This document shows, piece after piece, positions 36,485 to 48,434 of a DNA stretch of 64,000 bases. The position numbers and the translations under genes were made by a program. Positions within the stretch are counted from its first letter, which is position 1; each line of letters opens with the position of its first letter. The DNA lies in contig NIVC01001630.1 of assembly GCA_002269645.1 (NCBI GenBank), forward strand, positions 62,001 through 126,000, read 5' to 3'. The stretch is from Macrostomum lignano (taxonomy: Eukaryota). Under the pieces are notes generated by a model. That model worked only from the letters and a program-made list of their open reading frames with translations. It searched no databases and was not told the DNA's origin.

Positions 36485-37140
36485 AGCCTTTACATCTCAG
36501 CAATTCCACTCCAAGTCTTTACATCTCAGCAATTCCCCCCCAAGACTTTACATCTCAGCAATTCCACTCCAAGTCTTTACATCTCAGCAATTCCCCCCAA
36601 GACTTTACATCTCAGCAATTCCACTCCAAGTCTTTACATCTCAGCAATTCCACTCCAAGTCTTTACATCTCAGCAATTCCACTCCAAGTCTTTACATCTC
36701 AGCAATTCCACTCCAAGTCTTTACATCTCAGCAATTCCCCCCAAGTCTTTACATCTCAGTAATTCCCCCCCCCCCAAGACTTTACATCTCAGCAATTCCA
36801 CTCCAAGTCTTTACATCTCAGCAATTCCCCCCAAGTCTTTACATCTCAGTGATTCCCCCCCAAGACTTTACATCTCAGCAATTCCCCCCAAGTCTTTACA
36901 TCTCAGCAATTCCCCCAAGTCTTTACATCTCAGTAATTCCCCCCCCCCAAGACTTTACATCTCAGCAATTCCACTCCAAGTCTTTACATCTAAGCAATTC
37001 CACTCCAAGTCTTTACATTTCAGCAATTCCCCCAAGACTTTACATCTCAGCAATTCCCCCCAAGACTTGAATTCTCAGCAATTCCACTCCAAGTCTTTAC
37101 ATTTCAGCAATTCCCTCGTAAGCCTTGGCATCTCAGCAAT
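36485..37140. repeat. 29 bp minisatellite (CTTTACATCTCAGCAATTCCACTCCAAGT)n
   Basis: About 22 units with variable C-runs. Confidence 0.95.
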
Positions 37141-38384
37141 TTCCCCCGAGCAAGCAACCCTCATATATAGCAAGCAACCCCAGATAGCTACTAGCATCCC
37201 CCGATAGCAAGAATCCCCCTATTAGAAAGCACCCCCCCAGCAAGATAGTGCAACATCAACTTCCTCAGACAGGAAGCGTCATGTAAAACATAAAAGAACT
37301 CAATAGTTCCTTTCTATGATTATGAAGTAGTAGTGAACTCGGTTGAATTACAGGGAGCTGTCGAAAGTACTGTCGAAAAACTGCGCACCATATTCAATAT
37401 ATATATTTAGCTATTGGTAAATTAGAGCCAGCACAAAGCCAAGAGCAACAAGTGATAAACCAGACAACAGCTTGGAGAGAGAAATTCAAAATGTTTTTAC
37501 AGTCGTAGAAACTTGAATATTAAGATTAAAACAAAAACGTGGAAAATTTAATCTGTTTAAAAGACCATCCAGTACGTGCAGATATATAAGAGTTAAGTAG
37601 AAGAATTATATACCAATAATTACTCTGCAGAGACTTTCGCAACTAACTAAACGATCTACAGGAACTCAAGCTGTCGCACAGGTTTTAGAAGTAGTAATAT
37701 TTCATTAGACGTTCGTACAGTACCAACAGCGAACAAGCAGGCCGAAAGAATGTTAAGTAGATACTGACACAACAGCATAAAACCATTAAAACATTTGGTA
37801 TTATTGAGTATATGTCCGTAATATACCGACTCCGAATATCATCAATGTAACATAAGGGCACTTGATTAAACATAAAACAGGCACAAGAGTAAGTCTGGCT
37901 TTGCCAGACACTGTTTAAAAATTTTCAATAAATATCCGGTAGACACTTTGCTACATGTATGTACATTATGAATTGTGAATTTTACGTACTGCAGAAACAG
38001 GACTGCAGCTGGAAATCCAAATTAAACCAGAAAAAATTGGACAGTGAGGCGGGAGGCTTTTTAGTTTCAATAGATGGAATGGCAGCGAAGATTTTGCGCT
38101 GCTTTGCGCGTATATTTATATTACAAACAGCGCGAGATTATAGAGGGGTCTAGGGAGGTGCGCACATGTGGCGTGGCGTGATTGGCTACGCAAACCCTCC
38201 TGGCTTAGCGAGCGCGCCACCACCCCACCTCAGCTAGACAGAGGTTGGCGGGGGGGGGGGTTTCCAGTGCGGCTGCACTGGTGCTGCCGGTCGCGTAGTC
38301 TGGCCGCCACACAGCTCCCCCCAGCACCGAGCTAGACCACGAACGTCGGGTAGTAGCCGAGGCAGCGAGAGCGCCGAGGAGCGG

Positions 38385-38815
38385 GCGCCAAAGGCGGCGG
38401 GGGCGCGAGGCGGGCGCCGAAGGCAGCAGAGCGCCCATGGCAGCAGGTCACCGAGCGGGCGCCGATGGCAGCAGGTCGCCGAGCGGGCGCCGATGGCAGC
38501 AGGTCGCCGAGCGGGCGCCGATGGCAGCAGGTCGCCGAGCGAGCGCCGATGGCAGCAGGTCACCGAGCGGGCGCCGATGGCAGCAGGTCGCCGAGCGGGC
38601 GCCGATGGCAGCAGGTCGCCGAGCGAGCGCCGATGGCAGCAGGTCGCCGAGCGGGCGCCGAAGGCAGCAGCAGGGCGCCAGGCGGGCGCCGAAGGCAGCA
38701 GGGCGCCAGGCGGGCGCCGATAGCAGCAGGGCGCCAGGCGGGCGCCGATAGCAGCAGGGCGCCAGGCGGGCGCCGATAGCAGCAGGGCGCCAGGTGGGCG
38801 CCGAAGGCAGCAGGG
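38385..38815. repeat. GC-rich 27-28 bp minisatellite (GGCGCCGATGGCAGCAGGTCGCCGAGCG)n
   Basis: Directly visible; source of many overlapping spurious ORFs. Confidence 0.92.
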
Positions 38816-39198
38816 GCGCGCGGCCGGACCACACCAGAGGCAATCGACAGTCAGTTGCCGCCGTGAGCCGGATCGAAGCTCCCGCACAGAGGCTGGGGAC
38901 GTTAGGCTAGCAGCAGCGGTGCCGATGCGGCTGCACTGGTGCTGCACTGGTGCACTGGTGCTGCACTGGTGCTGCACTGGCACTGGGGCTGCACTGGTGC
39001 TGCCGGTCGCGTAGTCTGGCCGCCACAACAGAGTGGTTTTTAATGAAACCTAAAAATTTAAAATTGGCGAGGCAAAAAGTCTTGTTAAAGCTGTAAGAAT
39101 TTTAAAAAAGAAAAAAGTTGTCTTTTCGATGAATGCTAATTTTTTTGTTTAAATTTAGAACGAATATAACCAGTTACCAAAATTATCTACTGTATTTC

Positions 39199-40030
39199 TC
39201 AGAACAGTCTTCTTCTCACACTCTCAGATCTCATACAAACCAGAAGGAAGGCGTTTTCCTCTCCGCTCCAAATTCCGATGAAGTCGCGTGGGAAGCTGAA
39301 GTACTGGAACATCGAGCAGTTGCCGCTTTTAGTAGAGAACAGAAAGTAACGACACAGCGGGTTGTCGCGGCACTGCTGACCGCACTTATCGATCCAGGCC
39401 ATCACAGCAGAGCTGTACGGTCGAGTGGCCAGTGGTGAAACGAAGCTGGGCTGCATCTCCTGCATGTGGAAAGCGACATTGGCACCTTCGAGCACGACTG
39501 AAAGAAAATCGGTGGCATTGAATTCCGTGGCTTCTCGAACAGGCAAAAGTGCGCTCTGTGATGTTCGCGCTGTGTGTTTGGGTGCGTCGGGTACAAAATA
39601 CTTTTATCGATAGGAGATTCCATTTAGACTCGCAGAACTTGTCAGTTATCTTGGAACTCACCAGCTAGAATGTCGATCTCGCACAGGTGAACCGATGTAT
39701 CCGAGAGTCCAGAGACGTTCTTGTAGATGGCGAAGTACCTGCCAGCGACCGCCTGCACGCAGGTGATGTTGATCGGGTTGCCATCGACAGTGGGAGTTCC
39801 GCCATAGTAGGCGGACAGGTCAAACAGGTCTTTGTTGAAGCTGGTCCACACAGCCACATTGGATGAGACAGCTGCAGTGAAGAGTTGCGCAAGTAGGTTA
39901 TTCGGTAGATTTTCTCTGAATACGGGGTAACGAATTCCGGCACCTGCCAAACTGAGCGGCGAAGCTCTGTCTTGGACAATTGGATTGTCCGAGCCTGTTC
40001 CACAGCACTGCTCCGAAGACTGCGACTCTT
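39199..40030 (-). CDS. Fucolectin/F5-8 type C (FTP)-like plus PAN/Apple domain gene; 5' end not found (partial or pseudogene)
   Basis: The exon ending at 39662 (G|GTGAGT) encodes ...INITCVQAVAGRYFAIYKNVSGLSDTSVHLCEIDILA, typical of the C-terminus of FTP/F5-8 domains (C..P/V.GRYV.I...L.LCEV.V). The next exon (about 39569-39199, phase-1 acceptor ACACAG) encodes KCGQQCRDNPLCRYFLFSTKSGNCSMF, with PAN/Apple cysteine spacing. Confidence 0.62.
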
Positions 40031-40210
40031 TCCAGCAGGCTTGGCGTCCCCCCTCTCTTTCCAGTTGGCGCCCCACTTTCCAGTAGGCTTGGCGCCCCCT
40101 CTCTTTCCAGTAGGCTTGGCGCCCCCCTTTCCAGCAGGCTTGGCGCCCCCTCTCTTTCCAGTAGGCCTTGGCGCCCCCCTCTCCAGCAGGCTTGGCGCCC
40201 CCCCCCCTTT
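40030..40210. repeat. ~27 bp minisatellite (CCAGTAGGCTTGGCGCCCCCTCTCTTT)n
   Basis: About 6 units. Confidence 0.85.
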
Positions 40211-40395
40211 CCCTGCTCGGTAAGTGACTGCCACTTTGACTTGAAAACCCTTGCTCATGGTCATTCAATGTATGCTACGGAGTATTTTATTGAACGCGCA
40301 CTGCCCCAACGCATCGATTTGAGTCGTAGTCGTGGGTGGTTACCACGACTTTGGCCCAGACAGAAATTGCACTCACTCCAATTTTGTAACTAGCA
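40208..40395 (+). pseudogene. Relic of a third PAN/Gly-rich paralog: end of exon 1, intron 1 and intron 2, with the PAN exon missing
   Basis: 40208-40310 aligns with 44991-45095 (CCCTG.TCG|GTAAGTGACTGCCACTTTGAC...GCACTGCCCCAAC), and 40325-40395 aligns with 45465-45535 (TAGT.GTGGGTGG.TACCA.GA...GAAATTGCACTCACTCCA..TTTGTAACT). Confidence 0.75.
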
Positions 40396-40425
40396 GCTTA
40401 GAGTCAGCGTATACTCGTAGCTAGG

Positions 40426-40568
40426 CGTACAGGGTCGAACCAGTTGGATATTCGAATTGATCCTACGCGTACAGGGTCGAACCAGGTGGATAGTCGTGCA
40501 GCGTACAGCATGTGTAGAGTCCACTGGACTCTCAATTCTACTATCCAACTGATTCGACCCTGTACGCT
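40426..40568. repeat. Small inverted/direct repeat element (possible MITE)
   Basis: GCGTACAGGGTCGAACCAGTTGGATA at 40426, a near copy at about 40467, and its reverse complement at about 40543-40568. No TSD seen. Confidence 0.55.
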
Positions 40569-40721
40569 CAAGAGCCTAAGTGAGTCCTGGTCGTGCGATT
40601 TAATTATTAGCGCAAATGTGCATCCTAAAAGTACAGGCGACTATCCATAATTCCCAATGTATCACAATTCTGAATGTAATCGTCTGTCATGGCGTGCAAA
40701 AGCGCTGCAAATGTATGAAAT

Positions 40722-42340
40722 GCAACATCTGGGTCTTTGCCAGCAACATCTGGGTCTTTGCCAGCAACATCTGGGTCTTTGCCAGCAACATCTGGGTCTT
40801 TGCCAGCAACATATGGGTCTTTGCCAGCAACATATGGGTCTTTGCCAGCAACATCTGGGTCTTTGCCAGCAACATCTGGGTCTTTGCCAGCAACATCTGG
40901 GTCTTTGCCAGCAACATCTGGGTCTTTGCCAGCAACATCTGGGTCTTTGCCAGCAACATATGGGTCTTTGCCAGCAACATCTGGGTCTTTGCCAGCAACA
41001 TCTGGGTCTTTTCCAGCAACATATGGGTCTTTGCCAGCAACATCTGGGTCTTTGCCAGCAACATCTGGGTCTTTGCCAGCAACATCTGGGTCTTTGCCAG
41101 CAACATCTGGGTCTTTGCCAGCAACATCTGGGTCTTTGCCAGCAACATCTGGGTCTTTGCCAGCAACATATGGGTCTTTGCCAGCAACATCTGGGTCTTT
41201 GCCAGCAACATCTGGGTCTTTGCCAGCAACATCTGGGTCTTTGCCAGCAACATCTGGGTCTTTGCCAGCAACATCTGGGTCTTTGCCAGCAACATCTGGG
41301 TCTTTGCCAGCAACATCTGGGTCTTTGCCAGCAACATCTGGGTCTTTGCCAGCAACATCTGGGTCTTTGCCAGCAACATCTGGGTCTTTGCCAGCAACAT
41401 CTGGGTCTTTTCCAGCAACATATGGGTCTTTGCCAGCAACATCTGGGTCTTTGCCAGCAACATCTGGGTCTTTGCCAGCAACATCTGGGTCTTTGCCAGC
41501 AACATCTGGGTCTTTGCCAGCAACATCTGGGTCTTTGCCAGCAACATCTGGGTCTTTGCCAGCAACATATGGGTCTTTGCCAGCAACATCTGGGTCTTTG
41601 CCAGCAACATCTGGGTCTTTGCCAGCAACATCTGGGTCTTTGCCAGCAACATCTGGGTCTTTGCCAGCAACATCTGGGTCTTTGCCAGCAACATCTGGGT
41701 CTTTGCCAGCAACATATGGGTCTTTGCCAGCAACATCTGGGTCTTTGCCAGCAACATATGGGTCTTTGCCAGCAACATCTGGGTCTTTGCCAGCAACATC
41801 TGGGTCTTTGCCAGCAACATCTGGGTCTTTGCCAGCAACATATGGGTCTTTGCCAGCAACATCTGGGTCTTTGCCAGCAACATATGGGTCTTTGCCAGCA
41901 ACATCTGGGTCTTTGCCAGCAACATATGGGTCTTTGCCAGCAACATCTGGGTCTTTGCCAGCAACATCTGGGTCTTTGCCAGCAACATCTGGGTCTTTGC
42001 CAGTAACATCTGGGTCTTTGCCAGCAACATCTGGGTCTTTGCCAGCAACATCTGGGTCTTTGCCAGCAACATCTGGGTCTTTGCCAGCAACATCTGGGTC
42101 TTTGCCAGCAACATATGGGTCTTTGCCAGTAACATATGGGTCTTTGCCAGTAACATATGGGTCTTTGCCAGCAACATCTGGGTCTTTGCCAGCAACATCT
42201 GGGTCTTTGCCAGCAACATATGGGTCTTTGCCAGCAACATCTGGGTCTTTGCCAGCAACATATGGGTCTTTGCCAGCAACATCTGGGTCTTTGCCAGCAA
42301 CATCTGGGTCTTTGCCAGCAACATCTGGGTCTTTGCCGGT
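40722..42340. repeat. 21 bp minisatellite (GCAACATCTGGGTCTTTGCCA)n
   Basis: About 77 near-identical units; source of the SNIWVFA/QQHLGLC/ATSGSLP/MLLAKTQ repeat ORFs. Confidence 0.98.
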
Positions 42341-44171
42341 AACCAGCGCTCAGACCAGTTCCTAGATTTCTTTAAAGAGGAAAGAGAGAGAAAAAAACAG
42401 GAAAATAAAGCCTACCTAAGCCAAAAGGCTTACATTATACTGGTCTGGAACCCTTCTCTTGGCGGAATGTTATGTAAAACATTGAAATAGAATATAATAA
42501 AACAGTGACCAATCTGTTTTATGGAGCGCAAACTTAAGTTTTTGGGGGCGCAATGCATGTATGTTTCGTGAAGCTAAAACATAAAATATGAATAAAACAT
42601 AAAGTTCAAAATAAAAAATAGGGTATTTTTGGGGCTTTTCAGTCGCGTTCAGTCCCTCAAGTCTTCCCTCCGTCGCTTTGCTGCTAGCGCCAAACTCGCT
42701 GGTTCCGTCTGTGCCCTCTTCCTTTGTTTGTTCGTTAAGTTCCGCCGACGTGCAGTCGGCGCAACAGGCGGTGGAGGCAGCGCATCATGCGGTTGGAGGT
42801 CCTCCTCCTGGCCATCATCCTCCGCGTTCGGCAGAGCTGGCAGGGGTGGTTCTGGGTTCTCCACAGCAGGCGGTGCAGACGGCACATATCTCTGCATCAG
42901 TAAATAATCGATTGGTTTTGTTCTGTCAACCCAATTAGGCTGAAACTTTAGCATTAAATTCATTACATATTGGCCCACGCGTGTGCAATTTTTAAAAAAA
43001 TCGATTGATCAGATGCAGAGATATTCGGGGTAACCATGAACTTTTTAGACACACTAAGGTAGTATATCGATTTCATTAATTAAAATGTTGTTCATGATAA
43101 AAACCAATTATCGGAAGCTTTACAAGTACAAATATACCTTAAAATTAGTGGGTCACGTCTGTTAAAGAAAAAACAGTGCTGAACAAAGTGCTCAAATTGC
43201 TAGGGCAATGTGTTGTGCGTGCAATGCGTGAGTATCGCTAGGTCACAAGCTGTTGGAGGCTTGAAGCTGCAATTTTGTGTCATGCAATGATACAAATTTC
43301 GTAACCAAAGAAAGGAATCAGTGCTCTGCAAATAAAATTAAATTTGCCATTCGCAAAAAGCCCAACATAATGGTAACGAGTGGCATATTTAGTGCAGCAA
43401 TTAGAAAGCTTACCCTGTTTGCTAGCATCACATTCATTGTCGTCATCAGTCGTGATTTCTAGATTCCTCGTCCGATTCATCCAATGTAATTTCTTCTAAG
43501 GATCTCCCTTTTAAGGATCTCCCTCCCTCCTAGAAGCGAGCTGGAGCTACCCGTCTAGGAGGGAGCGAGGGAGTCAAAGAGCTCGTTACCTTTAAAACCG
43601 GTGTGTCCTTTCGAGCCAGCTTGTTTAGCTCCCCAGAAGTTAGATTGTTAGACTGTTCAGGAGTTGGTAGTGGTGTGACATGGCAGGGTCTCAGGCCCCG
43701 TGCGAATTTTTTCCACCAATAATTGCACCCTTTTCTGAGCAGCAGTACCCACAATTATCTACTGGTAGAGCCGCTTGAGACTGCGATTGTTCGTTCGCTC
43801 TGCTGCTTTGGTACTCTTCTTGACTGCAGCTGCATCAATTTCCCACTCATTATTGGCAGCAGCTCACTAAAGCATGGCAACTCACACAACCAACGATGTT
43901 TACCGCATGCCTACGCAAAGTTTTTATTTTTTTTGTTCAGCTGCTGTCGTAACGATGTGTGAGCAATCCAGTATTGGAAGATGTTAACTCTTCTACTTCG
44001 TAGTATGCTAAATGTATCTTTCAAGTCGGAACCTCTCTTGCGTGCACTTTTAGTCTGTAAAGCTGAGGCTAATTCCGGAAATTACTGCCAAAACGATTGC
44101 ATCCTGCGTGCTTATCTATCTTTTGGGAGCTGATTACTGCATATGCTCGTAAAACGTGCATGAACGTCAGG

Positions 44172-44330
44172 TCAAAAGGCGTGTACGAGGAGGAGACGCC
44201 AGTGCACCAGGCGTTCCATCAGCTTGAGGAAGAAAGACGTCAGACTGATGTGGCGATAAGCTTTAGAAGAGTGATAGCCTCCCTTCCCTGGTTTGAGTAT
44301 TGAGACCATGCACTGCGGCTTCTAGCCTGG
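44172..44330 (-). mobile_element. Degenerate non-LTR retrotransposon reverse transcriptase fragment (R1/LOA-like)
   Basis: Minus frame reads ILKPGKGGYHSSKAYRHISLTSFFLKLMERLVHWRLL, matching the IPKPGK...YRPISL.S...K..ER.V motif at the start of LINE RT domains; flanked by stops. Confidence 0.75.
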
Positions 44331-44957
44331 CCTTATGTTAGCCTTAAAGACGTTGCAAAGGAAGCAAAAGAGTTACAACAGATATTGATTGTTACATGTA
44401 CGTATGTTGTAACGTCCAATCCAATTTAGTCAAATTAGCGAGTTTAATATTGACCTCACAAGCTAAGCGTAAGAAATATTGGAAAAACAGAAGTGAGCAA
44501 GGAAGGATATTACTGTGCTCTCCGAAATTACTGTCGGCTAATTGATGGATTTAAACGAGTTACTATCGGTTCAAAAACTTTGCAGATTTGCAGCGAGCCA
44601 ATCTAGAGCGTGAAACATTTTTTAAACCTGTAGTAACCTAAAACTGCTGCAGAGCAGTGCTCAAGAATCATAGATAAATAAAGCTCCTGAGCCATGGTGA
44701 AAGCTCGTTTCTGGGATTGGCTGCGAACCCGCCTCTGCTTAGAATTTCTTTCAAATCTTGATTTAGTCTCCAGCAAGCGTCTTGTCAGCCGCAGCTCCCA
44801 GAAACAAGTAGCAGAAAACGCACTCTGCTTCCCGCCTGCACGAATATTCACTGCTGATATAAGAGAAATTTATTGGGAATTTCAATAGTCGAAAAAGAGT
44901 TCAAATAAGCATCGCAAAGAATCGCAAAGACTGACAATCAACCAATCAACCGCAAGC

Positions 44958-46469
44958 ATGACTGATAAAGTTTTGACTTTACAATTAGTTACCCTGTTCG
45001 GTAAGTGACTGCCACTTTGACAATTGAAAACCTTTGCTAACAGTTATTCAATGGATGCTACGAGTATTTATTACGGACTGCGCACTGCCCCAACACAGTT
45101 TGCTGCTCTCTCGTGCTGCGAGTACAAGGCACCAGTTCGCGGACCTATTCTGTGTGCTCAGAGCAGCAGCTTCAGATGCTGGAAGTCGCTCTCAACGCCT
45201 ACAACAACGTCACGACAACAACCAAGGCCACTGATGTAATCGACTGTCTAGCAAAGTGCCACAGGCTGAGCTGCAGCGCTGCCGTCTCGGTGGAGAGCAA
45301 TGCCACGTGCGAGATGGTCACCATAACAACCGCCAAGCTGTCAATCTCAGCAGATCAGGTGCAGCAAGTCATCGGATCTCAGGTCGGTGCAAAGGTGTGG
45401 AAGGCGGAGGACAGCGACTGGCCTTCGCCTGCAGTGCAGCTTCGGAGTGAGTCATCAATGCCTAGTCTTAGTTGTGGGTGGCTACCATGATTTCGGCAGA
45501 GACCGAAATTGCACTCACTCCAGCTTTGTAACTCGCTGACGCTGTTCCATTGCAGACAGCAGCACAGGTAGAAACGGCTCAATCCAAAGCGTCTTCATCA
45601 ACACGACCGGCTGCTACCTGATCAAAGCTGCCGGCGCCAGAGGTGGCGGAAACTTACTGACGAACAAAGCCGGAGGCCAGGGAGCCCAGGTGAGCGCCAG
45701 AGTCAACCTGACAGCCGGCACCCAGCTGAGCATCGTTGTGGGCCAGATGGGCGGCTCGACCTCTTTGGAGTTCGAAGGAGGCGGCGGAGGCGGCGGCAGC
45801 TTCGTGTACCGGACGGGCGACCAGCTGCTGCTGCTGGCTGCCAGCGGAGGCGGCGGAGCTTCCAACGGTAAAAATGGTGAGCTCAGTGGCTTCAGTTGCT
45901 AAAATGGTTAATTATAAGATTCAAAAAACCACTTGCATAAGCAGTTTGCTTTATTCTTTTATTTCACTGTAGGACAACCAGGGGAAACTGGGAGAAACGG
46001 TTCGGACAGCCTGGGAAGCAACAGCGCCAACTTAGGCTTCGGTGGAACTAACGGTCAGCCGGGCTCCAACAACCCCGCTAGCACCCCAAGCGAAAGCAAC
46101 CACGGCGGCTGCGGCGCCGGCTGGCTCGGCATGGCCGTCAGCCCCAGACGAAGCTCCTCGGATGGAGAGAGAGGCGGCAGTCTAGCCGACGGCTGGGTCG
46201 GCGGCAGCGCCGGAGACGGCAGCGTCAGCGACGGAGGCTTCGGCGGAGGCGGCGGAGGCGGCAGCAGGACCAGCGCAGTAAGAGGCACCCCTGGAGCTGG
46301 CGGCGGCTTCAGCGGTGGCGGAGCCGGACTGGGCTACGGTCACATCGGCGGTGGCGGCGGCTCCTTCTGCAGGGGCGGCTGCGTGTTCGGCGGCACCTGG
46401 ACCGGCGACCAGGGCTTCGTGTCCGTTCTGCTTGAGTCGGCCTCAGCCGCTTGCAACGCGGGCATCTGA
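44958..46469 (+). CDS. Secreted PAN/Apple plus ALK/LTK-like glycine-rich domain protein, paralog 1 (4 exons, 402 aa)
   Basis: Exons 44958-45000, 45099-45446, 45556-45876 and 45973-46469; all phase-1 GT-AG; total 1209 nt. Signal peptide MTDKVLTLQLVTLFVCCSLVLRVQG; PAN-like CLAKCHRLSCSAAVSVESNATCEM; Gly-rich domain GSIQSVFINTTGCYLIKAAGARGG...GAQVSARVNLTAGTQLSIVVGQMGG...GGGGGSFVY...LLLAASGGGG...GGFGGGGG...GGGFSGGG...GGGGSFC. Confidence 0.85.
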
Positions 46470-46902
46470 AGCCACTGCAAACCGATTGTTAAGTGGGGCC
46501 TTGTTCATTCGGATTTTGACTTGGATGGTCACTGTGTAATACTGCTTAATCTTGTGAACCTTGATTGGTGTCGTTTGGGAAAATAGCTTAGGGCTAGGGA
46601 GGCTGTAAATTGCGATTAGTAGACCATAACGGCTTAGTCTTGTGAACTAAGTCTGGTAGTTCCGTGAAGCTTTAAACTTAACGCTTGTCTTCTGAAAAAA
46701 GCCTGGAAATATTTGCCATAGACAAAAGCCGCGTTTGAATTGAAAGAGTTCTGGCTTTCTATTGATTTTCCGCAAGCACGCTGTCTCCAGCTAAATAGTC
46801 TGAATTGAATTTTCAAAAGTTTTTTAGAACTGGGAACTTTATCAAAATCGAGCGTGAAAATGTGCAGTAGAGTGTAAAAAGATGATTAGTTACCATCAAT
46901 TA

Positions 46903-47096
46903 GGGCCGTATGCAGAAAGCTCTGTCTAGGGTAGTCCGGTCTTGAAAAGCTAGTCTAGACTTGGATTTGGTATGCAGAAACGCAAAGTTAGACCGGTCTT
47001 CTATAGACAGAACTAGGCTAGCTAGACCATAGACCATAGACTGAACTACCCAAGCCCGGGCTAGCTGGTCTGGACTAGGCTTTCTGCATACGGCCC
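46903..47096. mobile_element. Harbinger/Tourist-like MITE (194 bp)
   Basis: Perfect 18 bp TIRs GGGCCGTATGCAGAAAGC / GCTTTCTGCATACGGCCC; left flank TTA, right flank TTT (imperfect TWA-type TSD). Confidence 0.7.
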
Positions 47097-48214
47097 TTTA
47101 AGTTGCGTAGGACTTCAGAGTTAAGTATATTTAAATCTTACTACTCACTAGCCTCTTATCACTAGTAGTGTATGTGAACTTTAAAGTTCATGACTTTTAA
47201 CCAAGGCGATTATTTACTAAGGTCAAAATTTGTTATTTTTTAACCATAGCACCTCTGTTTTCATACCCAGAAGCTAGATTTTCTCCAATACATTCTTTAC
47301 TCTTCCCTTCCTGAATTGAACTGTTATTTAACTGATTATTGGAATCTTTCACTGCCACTGACCTACTTGCACTCAGACAACTCAAAACAGTTCTCAATTT
47401 CTGCTAATTAATAAACACTGAATGCACTTGTCCGTCCGAAGCCGCTCGTCTTTTTTTCCTGCCAGAGGAGAATTTCTGGAGGTTTTTTTAAGACGGGCGA
47501 GCGGAACAGATTTTTTCTGTTCAGCTGTCTTTCAGTATCTGCTTTCTGCTCATGCCAAGGAGAGCGTGGAGATCGATGCCTCCGACTCATAGAGGCTGAT
47601 CGACTTTGAGGTTTTCAAGGGCAATAAGACTTAGGCTCTGCTTGGGAGAGACGTGCTCAGCGTGCATCTGGAACTCATCGGCAATTTGGAAACTGTAGCA
47701 AAAACTTCTACATCGATAAAATCACATCTGGAGGGATATGCAAAGCAGGAGTGTCTGAAGGCCGGACCTTTGCCGGTAATCAAGTGGGAAGCTGTGAGAA
47801 AAAGAGATCGATCGACATCGATCAATGTCTTCGATAGAAAATCAGCCTTATATGCTTCGGCACTGCAGTTAAATACATAGCAGTGATAGGCTGCTCAGTG
47901 TGCACAGGTTGTGTGCAGGCAGGCCTATGAGGCCTACACAATAGTCAGCACAGTACATAACCACACGGCGCTGAGCCTGTCGAACCATTTCGGCGGAATC
48001 TCGAATTTTCAGAAGCCAGCAGGCTTAGAGGCCAAAATGTCCGGGTTTAGTTGTACCTTGCTAAACTCCAGGACAAAGTTAAACGGCTCCAGTTGCCACC
48101 ACCACCGTCGTCGCAAGTTCCCTCGTTTTCAAATGTCAAAATTCGAACTTTCAGGATTTGGGGATTGTAAATTCTTTTAAATTATACCTGCCCTGTTAAG
48201 AATTATGTACAACC

Positions 48215-48434
48215 GACAGCTCATTTGCGCGGCGCATCTGATTCGAAGGCTGAGTACGGCTGTTCAGCCCAAGGCCTGCTAATGCTGGCACCCATTTTAC
48301 AGCTGCAGGGCGAACTGAGGCAATGCAGAGTTAAGTGTCTTGCTCAAGGACACAGATTGTTCCGAGTGGGTCGAGAATCGAACCCTGACCTTTCAGTCGT
48401 GAGTCCAACGCACTAGGCTACAACATTAGGCTGC
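48215..48434 (-). mobile_element. tRNA-derived CORE-like SINE (family B)
   Basis: tRNA-like head (48434-48367) with B box GGTTCGATTC, followed by GTGTCCTTGAGCAAGACACTTAACTCTGCATTGCCTCAGTTCGCCCTGCAGCTGTAAAATGGG (48353-48291), which resembles the CORE consensus of MIR/Af1-type SINEs. 3' end approximate. Confidence 0.7.

Noticed and set aside
37260-38150. Possible decayed retroelement ORF
   Set aside because: A-rich coding-like composition, but many stops and no diagnostic motif.
38205-39028. GC-rich overlapping ORFs as a coding gene
   Set aside because: Open in many frames because of the CpG-rich 28 bp repeat; low-complexity products.
40616-42490. Long ORFs of 449-624 aa (SNIWVFA, QQHLGLC, ATSGSLP, MLLAKTQ repeats) as genes
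   Set aside because: They arise from a 21 bp non-stop tandem unit that is open in several frames on both strands, with no domain content or splice context.
42649-42978. 109 aa ORF (MGQYVMNL...KRRREDLRD) as a gene or as the first exon of the FTP-PAN gene
   Set aside because: No recognisable domain, no signal peptide and no suitable donor; possibly a TE fragment, but unsupported.
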